Positions 18,402 through 27,118 of a stretch of DNA of 32,000 bases are shown here, piece by piece; positions within the stretch are counted from its first letter, which is position 1, and each line of letters begins with the position of its first letter. The translations under genes were made by a program, and so were the position numbers. Location of the stretch: assembly GCA_965214835.1 (NCBI GenBank), contig CBDCCK010000002.1:3054430-3086429 (forward strand), in the 5' to 3' direction. The notes under the pieces are model-generated. The model was not told the origin of the DNA and did no database searches. It saw only the letters and a program-made list of their open reading frames with translations. Origin of the DNA: Nitrosopumilaceae archaeon. GTDB taxonomy: Archaea > Thermoproteota > Nitrososphaeria > Nitrososphaerales > Nitrosopumilaceae.

Positions 18402-20141
18402 ATGGATGATTCGGCAGACAATGTTTCGGGGATTCACAAGCGCTACACACTTACGTTGTTCAACCCGTCATCGCACTACCAGTCACTGATTCTTTCCGTC
18501 GGCGTGGCCGCTGCAATAGCTGCCCTGGCCTCGCTCAGCTATGACATAACGGACAGCCTTCTGCCTGCGGTGGCGCTGATTGTACCGGTCATGCTTGCCA
18601 CGCAGGCAGTCGACTCTAGGCTAATCCGAAACAGGGAATACTCAAAGGCGTTACACATGTCGCTGTTTGGCAACCTGATCTGGCTGATCACTGCGGCATC
18701 AGCAGTGCTTGCGGCACATGTCTTGGACAAGCCAGAGGCCTCAGTAATGCACCTTGTCATAGGGATGTTTCTGTTTGTGAGCTTTAGGATCGGAATACTT
18801 ACAACGGTGCTGGGGGTAAGCCTGAAAAGGGCGTGGCTGTTTTGCTTCATCCAGCCGCTTCCGATGCTACTGGTCCTTTTGCCTGTTGACAGATGGGAGT
18901 CGACGCTGGCAGATCCGCTCACTCTGGCGTTTGGAGCGGCCTTTATTGCTATCGCATCGGTATGGTCCAGAATGACGGACAATGCAGGAAGGCCCGGGGT
19001 CGAGAGCACCCACAGGCTCATACAGGTATACCTTTCATCGCAGGGCAGCGACAACGAGCAGATCGAGGCCATAATAGAGGATCGCTCCAGTCCCTCCACG
19101 ATCAAGACGCACCAGATCCGCCTGGAAAACGAAAAGGACGTCGATGTAAGGCTGGTGCTGCCAGGCATTCATCCGGGCCCGTACCACCCGATCGGGGGAA
19201 GCAACATCCCGTTTAGGATCTACGAGGCGCTGGGCTCCTCGGCGATGGTCATGCACAGCATATCTGATCACTCGCTGAACATACCGTCACAGAGGCAGGT
19301 GGAGCAGTACATTACGGACCTCAAGGAGACCTCGACGATAGACCGTGGAATGACGTGCACCGAGCCCGTGGTAGTCCAGATAAACAGGGCAAGGGTTACA
19401 GGGCTGTTGTTTGATAAAAAGCCGATCCTGTTTTTGTCGCTCTCTCCCCACGGAATGGAGGATCTACCAAGCTACATCAAGACCGAGATCGAGCAGTTTG
19501 CCAGAAACAGGAACTTTGAGCAGGTTCTGGTAGTGGACTGCCACAATGCAATGGGCGGGGAGATTTCAAAGTCAGACTCGGAGGACATGTTAAAGGCGGC
19601 AAAGTCATGCCTGGACACCCTGATCACCAAGGAGAAGCATCCGCTTGAGTTCGGGTACGCAAACTCGAGCAAGCTGAACCTGTACACCGTGGATCTGGCA
19701 AACGGGGGACTTGGAATACTGTGCCTGAAGATAAGGGATCAAAAGTACTTCCTCGGGTGGGCAGACGCAAACAACATGGAAAACGGGGTGAGGGAGAGGA
19801 TCGTCGAGGAGTTCAAGTACAACGGATACTGCCTACTAGAGCTTTTCACGTCAGACACCCACTTTTCACAGGTAAGGGTGCGCAACAAAAACGGGTATTA
19901 CCAGTTCGGGGTGATGTCAGAGCCCGAGGAGATTGCGGCGTGGTACCTGAAGATAGCAAGGGACGCAGAGGACAACCTCAGTCCGGGAAGGTTTGAGCTG
20001 CTGCGAAACACGTCAAAAATCAAGATCATGGGGCCCAAGATCTTTGAGGACTACAAGGTGGCAATAGACAATTCGCTGAGAATCACAAAGTTTTTTGCAG
20101 GCGGGGGCTTTGCGCTGTTTATCTCGAGCCTGTTCCTATAG
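18402..20141 (+). CDS. DUF2070 family polytopic membrane protein
   Basis: Multiple N-terminal TM helices, then RLVLPGIHPGPYHPIGGSNIPFRIYEALG and VLVVDCHNAMGGE, diagnostic of DUF2070. Confidence 0.9.
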   Translation: MDDSADNVSGIHKRYTLTLFNPSSHYQSLILSVGVAAAIAALASLSYDITDSLLPAVALIVPVMLATQAVDSRLIRNREYSKALHMSLFGNLIWLITAASAVLAAHVLDKPEASVMHLVIGMFLFVSFRIGILTTVLGVSLKRAWLFCFIQPLPMLLVLLPVDRWESTLADPLTLAFGAAFIAIASVWSRMTDNAGRPGVESTHRLIQVYLSSQGSDNEQIEAIIEDRSSPSTIKTHQIRLENEKDVDVRLVLPGIHPGPYHPIGGSNIPFRIYEALGSSAMVMHSISDHSLNIPSQRQVEQYITDLKETSTIDRGMTCTEPVVVQINRARVTGLLFDKKPILFLSLSPHGMEDLPSYIKTEIEQFARNRNFEQVLVVDCHNAMGGEISKSDSEDMLKAAKSCLDTLITKEKHPLEFGYANSSKLNLYTVDLANGGLGILCLKIRDQKYFLGWADANNMENGVRERIVEEFKYNGYCLLELFTSDTHFSQVRVRNKNGYYQFGVMSEPEEIAAWYLKIARDAEDNLSPGRFELLRNTSKIKIMGPKIFEDYKVAIDNSLRITKFFAGGGFALFISSLFL

Positions 20142-20742
20142 TCCTCAGATCATCGAGGTTTCCGTAAAACTCGTCGACAAAGGATGGGAACTGCAGGATT
20201 GGAACTATGGGCACGCGGTCAATAAAGTCGATTCTGTCATGGTATAGTGTGACGATCACGGGGATGGCCACGGAGCCCTCCGTCCTTGCGACATACTGCT
20301 TGGTGCGTTCGACCTGCTTTTTGACCACGCCGCGCAGCAAGGAGGCGCCGTATCGCCGCCAGTGCTTGCAGTCCACTAGGATCGCAACCCCGAGGTTTAC
20401 GCCTACCACGTCAATCTCCATCCTAGGCTTTGTCAGGATCAGGTTCCTCATGGTTGCAAAGCCCTTGGATTCGAGGATCTTGGCGGCCAGGCCCTCAAAG
20501 GACCTCCAGTCCAGGTGGACTGCGACGTCGTCAACCGGGACGCCTTTTTCAATCAGCATCAGGGCCGCAGACAGCCTGTCGGAGGGCTCAAAGACATACT
20601 GCCGGCCCGCACGCCTGCCTATCCCGTTCTCAACCAGGGTCTCAAGCATCTGTGAGCAGGCAGGGACATCCATCCCGGTTACGGCCGAAAAGTCATCAGG
20701 CGATATCCCGCCCGGGACTATCGCAGGCAGGGCATCAAGCAT
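20119..20742 (-). CDS. Restriction-endonuclease-fold (Mrr/RecB-like) protein
   Basis: SFEGLAAKILESKGFATMRNLILTKPRMEIDVVGVNLGVAILVDCKHW fits a PD-(D/E)xK core. The N-terminal part is wHTH-like. Start chosen at MLDALPAIVPGG. Confidence 0.8.
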   Translation of the reverse strand: MLDALPAIVPGGISPDDFSAVTGMDVPACSQMLETLVENGIGRRAGRQYVFEPSDRLSAALMLIEKGVPVDDVAVHLDWRSFEGLAAKILESKGFATMRNLILTKPRMEIDVVGVNLGVAILVDCKHWRRYGASLLRGVVKKQVERTKQYVARTEGSVAIPVIVTLYHDRIDFIDRVPIVPILQFPSFVDEFYGNLDDLRTIGTGSR

Positions 20743-20869
20743 GGACGATATGTTCACAGCGGGGATCAGGGCCGGCGCAACTTTAAGTGTTTTACGGGGA
20801 CGCCGACCCGCGGGCGTCCTGCCGCGGCCCCGATCTTTTGGATTCGGCCCCGGGGGGCTCGGGCCCGCA

Positions 20870-22357
20870 TCAGGGCGATGCTGCAATGACGCCGTTCTCA
20901 ATCAGCCACGTAATTCCGTCCACAAAGACCCTGTCGCCGATGATTCCCGCAGACCAGGCTCCTGTGGCGTCCCTTACCCAGCTTGGAACGGAACCGGCCG
21001 CATCTCCTGCCGCCTCGGTCGGCGGGATTACAATGACGCCGTTGTCTATCAGCCACCCAATGCTCTGCAAAAAGGTAGAGTCGTCGGTTATCCCCATCGA
21101 CCAGGCCTCCGCACTGCCCTTGATCCAGCTTGGAAGATTGATCTGGGCATCCGCTACAGACGGGACTGTAATCCCGGACTGATCGTTTTGTTGAACGGTT
21201 ATGGGCACCAGCAGGTAGTCAGTCGGAGTCCTGGTAAAGTCGGGCACGACAAACTCGGGCGCCAGGCCATACACCATTATCAGGTAGTTGTTCTCGCCGG
21301 CAGGCTCTCTTGCAAGCATTGTCCTCTCTGCCAGCCCGGAGGTGGAGTACAGGGATTTTCTTGCGTCCTCGTCGGCCAGGCTTCGAAGTGGCGGGAATGT
21401 GATATCGTCATCAACCACCATTATGTCATACTGGACCTGGTTCAGGAATTCGGTCTCGTCATAGGGCTCGAACTTTATCAGCCACTCGATGTCACATCCC
21501 TGTTTTGGCTGCTCGGGCTTGTACAGCACCTCTAGGTTGTAGTTAAACTGCGCGGTGGGTTTTTTGAGGGAGGTAAACTGCAGCTGATCAACATCCGGGC
21601 ACCCCAGCGCCTGCCGGACCTGCCCGTCGTCCTGTATGCCGGCAAACGGATCCTCCTGCACGTTCTCCCTGTAGTCAAGCAGTGTCAGGGCATACTCCTG
21701 CAGATGCTGGCCCTCTGCAACATGGGTCCAGGTGCTTGCCTTTACCGGAAACGGGAATCCATCCACGATCCAAATGTGGCTGTGCGCGCCGCCTGTCTTC
21801 CATCCAACACGTATGGCATCAAAGGTTCCGGCGGGAACCGTTACGGACTCGGCCGCCTGTGGGGCCACCTGCACGCCTCCTATGTCTCCAATCTTGGCCC
21901 ACGATGGCCTGCTGAACTCCTTTGGTCCTTTCCCGCCCTCGCCGCCATATGATGTCGCAAATGAGGACAGCCATGATATCGAGGACTTGATTGCGACGCG
22001 GTAGGTCGCCAGGTTATCAGTACCCTCGGTCGGCTCGGCCGTAATCTTGCCAAACTCCAGCTCCCCCTTGTGAACCCTGCCGCCGTCATAGACTACTGCC
22101 TGTGCCAGCCACTTTGCCTCAGAGCCCACCTGCCTGTCCCCCTGAATCCAAAAGTCGACCTCAAAGAAGGTACACTCCTTATAGTCAACATGGCAGAGGC
22201 GGTACGAGAAATAGTCACCCTGCTTGAGTCCCTCGCCCAGCCACCACTCCCCGGGAACCTGGATGCCGCCCCCAATCTGCGACGCGTGTGCAGCTGACGC
22301 CGTCGAGAGTAGGGCAACGGCTGCGCCCAGCACCAATGCGGAAATTACGGCCTTCAA
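20870..22357 (-). CDS. Secreted protein with two tandem C-terminal 'PSWI..AW..GI.D..F...I.WLI..GVI' repeats
   Basis: Signal peptide MKAVISALVLGAAVALLSTASAAHA. Repeats LPSWIKGSAEAWSMGITDDSTFLQSIGWLIDNGVIVIP and VPSWVRDATGAWSAGIIGDRVFVDGITWLIENGVIAA. Confidence 0.88.
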   Translation of the reverse strand: MKAVISALVLGAAVALLSTASAAHASQIGGGIQVPGEWWLGEGLKQGDYFSYRLCHVDYKECTFFEVDFWIQGDRQVGSEAKWLAQAVVYDGGRVHKGELEFGKITAEPTEGTDNLATYRVAIKSSISWLSSFATSYGGEGGKGPKEFSRPSWAKIGDIGGVQVAPQAAESVTVPAGTFDAIRVGWKTGGAHSHIWIVDGFPFPVKASTWTHVAEGQHLQEYALTLLDYRENVQEDPFAGIQDDGQVRQALGCPDVDQLQFTSLKKPTAQFNYNLEVLYKPEQPKQGCDIEWLIKFEPYDETEFLNQVQYDIMVVDDDITFPPLRSLADEDARKSLYSTSGLAERTMLAREPAGENNYLIMVYGLAPEFVVPDFTRTPTDYLLVPITVQQNDQSGITVPSVADAQINLPSWIKGSAEAWSMGITDDSTFLQSIGWLIDNGVIVIPPTEAAGDAAGSVPSWVRDATGAWSAGIIGDRVFVDGITWLIENGVIAASP

Positions 22358-22434
22358 GTGCCATATTGTAAAAAAATCCCTAGTTAAGCCTTGTTCATAT
22401 TTCAGCTGAGTACCCCAGATCCGGCGTCATGGAG

Positions 22435-22624
22435 AGGACTTGGGCTCCCTGAGATACACCGTCATGCACTCCTTGAACACCGGGCATCGTCGTGACGTTT
22501 TGCACCCCGGATTCCTCGACAGAGCAGCGCCCTAGCAGTTATCCACTCGTTGAACAGCATCATCGAGTAGTAAAAGCACAGGCGTCCTGGTGGCCAGGTC
22601 GGCGGTCCGGGTCTTGGCCCTGCT
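22435..22624 (-). pseudogene. Transposase C-terminal fragment, copy 1 of a ~190-bp dispersed direct repeat
   Basis: Near-identical to 27163-27352. Encodes RAKTRTADLATRTPVLLLLDDAVQRV. Confidence 0.8.
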
Positions 22625-23040
22625 TAATCTTTCACACTGCCGTTTTATCTGCGCCTCAAAGGCCTCCTGTGCGGCCTCCAAGGGTGGTCGCCTTGATCCT
22701 GTAGGTGTGCCACCGGGCAGAGGAACCGGCGCCGCTTGTACACGTCGTGGCGTTGATGCACCCGCCCACCGATGCGTCATTGAGGGCACCGCGCATCATG
22801 CCGCGGCTCAGGTAGTCGATCCCGTATATGGCGTTGTGTTTCCCGGACATTCTGACACACGAGAGCATCTCCTTCCGCCATCTGTAACATGTTCATATAT
22901 GCGCGGGTCGTTCTCAAGATCGCGGCACTTTCTGGATTTTTGTTTTATCACGAAAACCACGGGGCCGCACCCCGACTGATCCGTTTGCATCTGATAGTAT
23001 TGTCAAGACGGTCTAAATTTCTTGGTTTTCTGCCTGACTG

Positions 23041-23548
23041 GGGTACTTTTCACTTAGCTGAAGCTGCAATGCAAAGGGCAAGGGCAGCGGCGACAAGTGG
23101 GGCCGGCTGGTGCGATGGTAGATCGGTGGCTGCCCCAAGGTGCCGATGGGTGATCTCTCAAAGGCAGGGAGACAGGAGGGCCTATGGTATCCGAGGAGCA
23201 CCGTGCTACGGCAGGAGGCGGATCGTCGGGATCGTGATACCTGCCATAAAGCGCATGTTCGGCGAGGACGTAAAGGCCCTCAAGTGGCTCAATATAGTGC
23301 AGGAGGGGGTTGTCGCCTAATTCGTCAGAATTTCTGAAAATCATACGATGTTATCCGGACTAGGCGTGCAAAAGTGCAGAAATTCAGAAAAACGTGCGGA
23401 TTGAGTCCGGCAGGTGGAATTAGGCGACAACCCCGTGCAGGAGGTAAAGTTGAGGATATGGCTGCACAGCAAGTGGATCGCAGAGGCGCTGGCTGCCATG
23501 TGGGAGCCGAGCGCCGGCCACGATACTGGCGGATTGACTGGGCTCTAG
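23041..23548 (+). pseudogene. IS5-like DDE transposase remnant interrupted by a MITE
   Basis: AYGIRGAPCYGRRRIVGIVIPAIKRMFGEDVKALKWLNIVQE, then after the MITE EVKLRIWLHSKWIAEALAAM. The arrangement resembles the C-terminal region of IS5-type transposases. Confidence 0.65.
23306..23434 (+). repeat. 129-bp MITE with perfect 17-bp terminal inverted repeats
   Basis: GGGGTTGTCGCCTAATT (23306-23322) and AATTAGGCGACAACCCC (23418-23434), flanked by perfect 9-bp direct repeats GTGCAGGAG (23297-23305 and 23435-23443). Confidence 0.93.
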
Positions 23549-23617
23549 TCGGAGCCATGTAACAGACCAGCGCAACCCAAATATACAATTATAACATAGT
23601 ATAAGTGGTGAATGTGC

Positions 23618-23740
23618 ATGGATAAGGAGACCAATGATGTTGAAGACATTGTCTTTGACGATAACGAAAAAATTGAAATTGCCTGCTCGTACCCGGATGT
23701 GGAAACTGCTATAAAGGCGCTCCACGCTTCAGTCAAGTAA
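23618..23740 (+). CDS. Small acidic ORF (40 aa), first gene of an overlapping pair
   Basis: MDKETNDVEDIVFDDNEKIEIACSYPDVETAIKALHASVK*. Its stop overlaps the next start (TAATG). Locally AT-rich. Confidence 0.5.
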   Translation: MDKETNDVEDIVFDDNEKIEIACSYPDVETAIKALHASVK

Positions 23741-23981
23741 TGGCAATCTCAAAAAAACTCATTTCCTTTTCTAAAGATTTTAAAAAGCAGTATCCAAACA
23801 GGTCAAAACCCGTACGTGATGAAATTGATGCAATTCTTAAGGATGTTGGAAAGATGGTGCAATACATCAGAAAAAATGATCTGCCGCTCAGAAAAGCTAA
23901 ACTATACTGATGATCATTGAAAATTTCGCCTGATTACACATCTTGTAAAGGTTTATAGCTCCCCACCATGTCACTCCCGGC

Positions 23982-24185
23982 ATGAACAAGACGAAAATCC
24001 TCACGGATGCCATGCATGTCGAAAAGGATCTCAAGATTCACACCAGAATCATGGCGGTGCGCTCCGTACTGCTTGGCAACACCACCGCACAGACTGCAGA
24101 GATTGCCGACGTGACACAGCGTACCGTACAGATGTGGATCAAGAGATTCGAGCTTGACGGCATCGACGGCCTCCGTGACTCCTAA
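23982..24185 (+). CDS. IS630 transposase ORF A (HTH part)
   Basis: MAVRSVLLGNTTAQTAEIADVTQRTVQMWIKRFELDGIDGLRDS*. Confidence 0.88.
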   Translation: MNKTKILTDAMHVEKDLKIHTRIMAVRSVLLGNTTAQTAEIADVTQRTVQMWIKRFELDGIDGLRDS

Positions 24186-24966
24186 CAGGGACAAAAAACC
24201 AAAGGTTCCGGTCGGCAGGATAAAAAAGATCGCCACAAAGTTGCGTAGGATGGAAAAGCTCACCCCGAAGAAGCTGTGCAACCGGGTGCGCCGCAGGCTG
24301 CATGTCACATACAGCGTGGGAAGCATCAGAAGAATCCTGCGCACGATGGGATTCTCGCCAAAGACGTCAACCACCAGGCTTGCAGATGCTGCCGACGCAA
24401 AGGCGGTAAGACGGTGGCAGGGGGTGGCAAGAACCGCGATCAAGCTTGCAAAAAGGCGCGGATTTAGGATAGCCGTACAGGACGAGTCGATATTCGTCAG
24501 TACGGGAAGGGACGGCAGAAAGTTCTGGTCGCCCGTGGGGGACAGGATCGAGGTGCAACGATCCGGCAGAAGGGAGCGCGTCGCGGTATACGGAACGATT
24601 GCAGACGACGGAACCCGGCTGATGCGCACATACGACAAGTTCAACAGCGCAAACTTTGTGCATTATCTCAAGCAGGTGCACAAAAAGCGGGGAAAGGTTC
24701 TGATTGTGATGGACAACGCAGCACAGCACAAGACCGGAAAGGTCCGCAGGTACCTGAAGAAAAATCCAGACGTCGTCCTGCTGTACCTGCCGGTAGCCAG
24801 GCCGGAGCTGAGCGTCATAGAGGCAGTCTGGAAGGATGCCAAGTACGGGCCGGTCACGTCGGCATTTTACGAGACGGTAGATCACCTCAAAAGGGCCGTC
24901 TCGGAATACTTTAGGACGTGTTCCATCAAGGTTGACATCTATAGGTACCTTGAGCGCAGCTTGTAA
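24154..24966 (+). CDS. IS630 transposase ORF B (DDE part)
   Basis: AVQDESIFVS, VLIVMDNAAQHKT, VVLLYLPVARPELSVIEAVWKDAKY (DDE catalytic motifs). The frame is offset +1 from ORF A. Confidence 0.93.
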   Translation: MTASTASVTPNRDKKPKVPVGRIKKIATKLRRMEKLTPKKLCNRVRRRLHVTYSVGSIRRILRTMGFSPKTSTTRLADAADAKAVRRWQGVARTAIKLAKRRGFRIAVQDESIFVSTGRDGRKFWSPVGDRIEVQRSGRRERVAVYGTIADDGTRLMRTYDKFNSANFVHYLKQVHKKRGKVLIVMDNAAQHKTGKVRRYLKKNPDVVLLYLPVARPELSVIEAVWKDAKYGPVTSAFYETVDHLKRAVSEYFRTCSIKVDIYRYLERSL

Positions 24967-25268
24967 GGGAGGCGAAATTTTCAATGGTCATCAGTATAGT
25001 TCTTAGAATAAAAAAGGTAACAGGTCGGGCTCCGGAAGCTGTTCCTGATTCCAGGCACGAATCTGTCTGATCGGGCTCCGGAAGCTGGATTTTGGCACAA
25101 TCTGCCATGTTTTTCGGGCTCCGGACTGCGGTGGCACATGAGCGGAACCGAATTCGTGTACCGCACACCATTTACGGCAGCCACCGCTATCATTGTATTG
25201 CTATTCCATGGCAGCAGCCATGCGCATCCGGATTCAGGGCGTGCCTGCAGGGCCTGTCATGCCTTTGT

Positions 25269-26306
25269 TTATGCTGCCGCCGCGCCGACTTGCGGGGCAG
25301 GCATCGGGATCTCCGTGACCCTGCCGTCAAGATAGTCCGTTACGAACGAGCAAAAGTTGACGCCGCGCAGCTCACACGTGGCGTATACTGTACACATGGT
25401 CTCAGTCATCTTCATTCCCTTCTCGGATCTGTTTCCGTACAGGATCTTCCGTATCACGGCAATCATGCGCAGTACCCTCTCGCTGCCGTTGTTGTGATAC
25501 TCGACGTCATGCTCCAGGAACGTAAACAGGTCGTCGACCTCCCTTTTGAGGCGCTTTGTATATCGGATGCAGTCCGTGTCCGTGTACGCGGCCGAGGCAA
25601 GCTTGTGTATGCGGTACTTGAGGCACTGCACCTCCCCGGGCGTGGCCTTGCCCATCTCTATTGCGTCCTTTAGGATGCCGCGCAGCCTGTAAAACAGCGT
25701 GCCGTACTCGGCGCTGCCGTTTTTATCCAGCGTCAGGTACATGTCCCGAAAGTAGTGCAGGAGGCACTTTTGGTGCTTGCCGCCGATGCGGTTCCACACC
25801 GAGTACGAGTCTGATGAGACGATGCCGTCAAAGGCTGCCATCAGGGAATCTATGACGTCGCCTGAGCGGGACGGCGCTATGTGGTAGAACACCGAGAACC
25901 GGGTCACAAGCACCCAGACCCAGTGGCCCGTCCCGTTGAGAAACCAGCCCGTCTCATCACCCCCGACGGACTCTGAGCGCCGTATTCCCTCCAGAATGCC
26001 GTCATATACAGGCATCATCCTGGTAGTCGATACATCACACAGGTGGATCAGGGTGGACTTTGGTATGCAGGCGTCGTGAAGCGTGTGCAGTATGATCTGG
26101 ATCTTTTCAAAGGATATACACATGCAGCGAAGAAACACGATTATCCCGATGATGCGCGTGCCGTAATGCTCGTCCGGCAGCACGCCGGGCACGGGGCGGC
26201 GCGCTTTTTCTTGCATGACTTGCAGTAGCGCTTGGTGACGTCCCATTCCGTCTCGGTCCACTTGCCGTCGACCAGATCCTTGGACTTTCTTGTGTACCTT
26301 TCGCAC
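25269..26306 (-). CDS. IS66 transposase, catalytic part
   Basis: GGDETGWFLNGTGHWVWVLVT, GIVSSDSYSVWNRIGGKHQKCLLHYFRD, EYHNNGSERVLRMIAVIRKI. The first ~30 residues are probably read from a different frame. Confidence 0.92.
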   Translation of the reverse strand: MRKVHKKVQGSGRRQVDRDGMGRHQALLQVMQEKARRPVPGVLPDEHYGTRIIGIIVFLRCMCISFEKIQIILHTLHDACIPKSTLIHLCDVSTTRMMPVYDGILEGIRRSESVGGDETGWFLNGTGHWVWVLVTRFSVFYHIAPSRSGDVIDSLMAAFDGIVSSDSYSVWNRIGGKHQKCLLHYFRDMYLTLDKNGSAEYGTLFYRLRGILKDAIEMGKATPGEVQCLKYRIHKLASAAYTDTDCIRYTKRLKREVDDLFTFLEHDVEYHNNGSERVLRMIAVIRKILYGNRSEKGMKMTETMCTVYATCELRGVNFCSFVTDYLDGRVTEIPMPAPQVGAAAA

Positions 26307-26719
26307 CAGTCAGAGAGCTTGTCGCCGCATCCGGGGCAGAACTCGGCGTCTGCCGTGCACGTGCGGGTGACTGCCTTGGTCTCTGGCTTCTTTTTTGGGG
26401 CCGCCTTTTCAGGATGCGGAAAGTCGTGGAACTTGCGCACGTTATAGCTGCGCGAGTTCGGCTCTTTGCGGGCCTCCTTTGGGACCGAGCCGTCTGCCGG
26501 CCCGGATCCGGACGCCGGTATCTGCTGGCCGAGCAGTGTCCTTAGCCGTTCGATTTCCTCTTGCTGCTGCTGGATCACTTTCTGCAGCTGTCCGATTTCC
26601 TCTTGCTGCTGCTGGTTCTCGTTTTCAACCTTCTCCACCCTTGACCTCATGTGTTCAAACAGGCGGATCACGTCGGGAATTCTCCAGTCCACGTCCGTAA
26701 TGTCAGGATCCCCAACCAA
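26141..26719 (-). CDS. IS66 transposase, N-terminal coiled coil and zinc-finger part
   Basis: Leucine/glutamine coiled coil, then CPGCGDKLSD...TKRYCKSCKKK. Requires a -1 shift to continue into 25269..26306. Confidence 0.88.
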   Translation of the reverse strand: MVGDPDITDVDWRIPDVIRLFEHMRSRVEKVENENQQQQEEIGQLQKVIQQQQEEIERLRTLLGQQIPASGSGPADGSVPKEARKEPNSRSYNVRKFHDFPHPEKAAPKKKPETKAVTRTCTADAEFCPGCGDKLSDWCERYTRKSKDLVDGKWTETEWDVTKRYCKSCKKKRAAPCPACCRTSITARASSG

Positions 26720-27118
26720 TACCCGGAAGGCAGATCCTGGGATCTTTATGTGTTGTGATTCCTCCAGATCTTCCTGCTAACCCGGGGTGCTGCTCAAGGG
26801 GGCCTCCAAGGTGGCAAGATTCACGCCTGAACTTCCCGAGCCCGACCTGTTACTAAAAAAGTCTAACGAGGCACTTGAAGTAATTATCCTTCCGGTTCCA
26901 CGCATAATCATAAAAAGAATAGCATAGCAGACTGCATAAACGAAAACAATAGGCTGTGGTGTAGATTAGAAGTTATTCAACAACAAAAAGTACCCCCCCC
27001 CCCAGTGGCCCACATCACATGAGTTAAAGAATTTTTGATCATCACTGTGGATCGCTGTAACATGCAGATACCAATTTTGTTGCGAGAAGGTTTGGTCATG
27101 ACTGAAAGCCAAGTTGGA

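Larger units (their letters stand above)
23905..24997 (+). mobile_element. IS630-family insertion sequence (copy B, ~1093 bp)
   Basis: Terminal inverted repeats TACTGATGATCATTGAAAATTTCGCC and GGCGAAATTTTCAATGGTCATCAGTA (one mismatch), flanked by TA on both sides (23903-23904, 24998-24999). Confidence 0.95.
25018..26853 (-). mobile_element. IS66-family insertion sequence (tnpC-only type, ~1836 bp)
   Basis: Terminal inverted repeats GTAACAGGTCGGGCTCCGGAAG and CTTCCCGAGCCCGACCTGTTAC. Perfect 8-bp target duplication TAAAAAAG at 25010-25017 and 26854-26861. Confidence 0.95.
23740..26927 (+). pseudogene. Small basic ORF (82 aa when restored) interrupted by IS630 and IS66
   Basis: Parts 23740-23904, 25000-25017 and 26862-26927 join in frame: MAISKKLISFSKDFKKQYPNRSKPVRDEIDAILKDVGKMVQYIRKNDLPLRKAKL|VLRIKK|SNEALEVIILPVPRIIIKRIA*. 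Confidence 0.7.

Noticed and set aside
20207-21535. 442-aa plus-strand ORF opposite the endonuclease-fold and secreted-protein genes
   Set aside because: The minus-strand products have clear domain and signal-peptide features. The plus frame is a Ser/Arg/Pro-rich shadow ORF spanning two opposite-strand genes.
26991-27003. Run of about 11 C residues as a phase-variation tract
   Set aside because: It is not inside or just upstream of any supportable ORF. It could be a replication or sequencing artefact.
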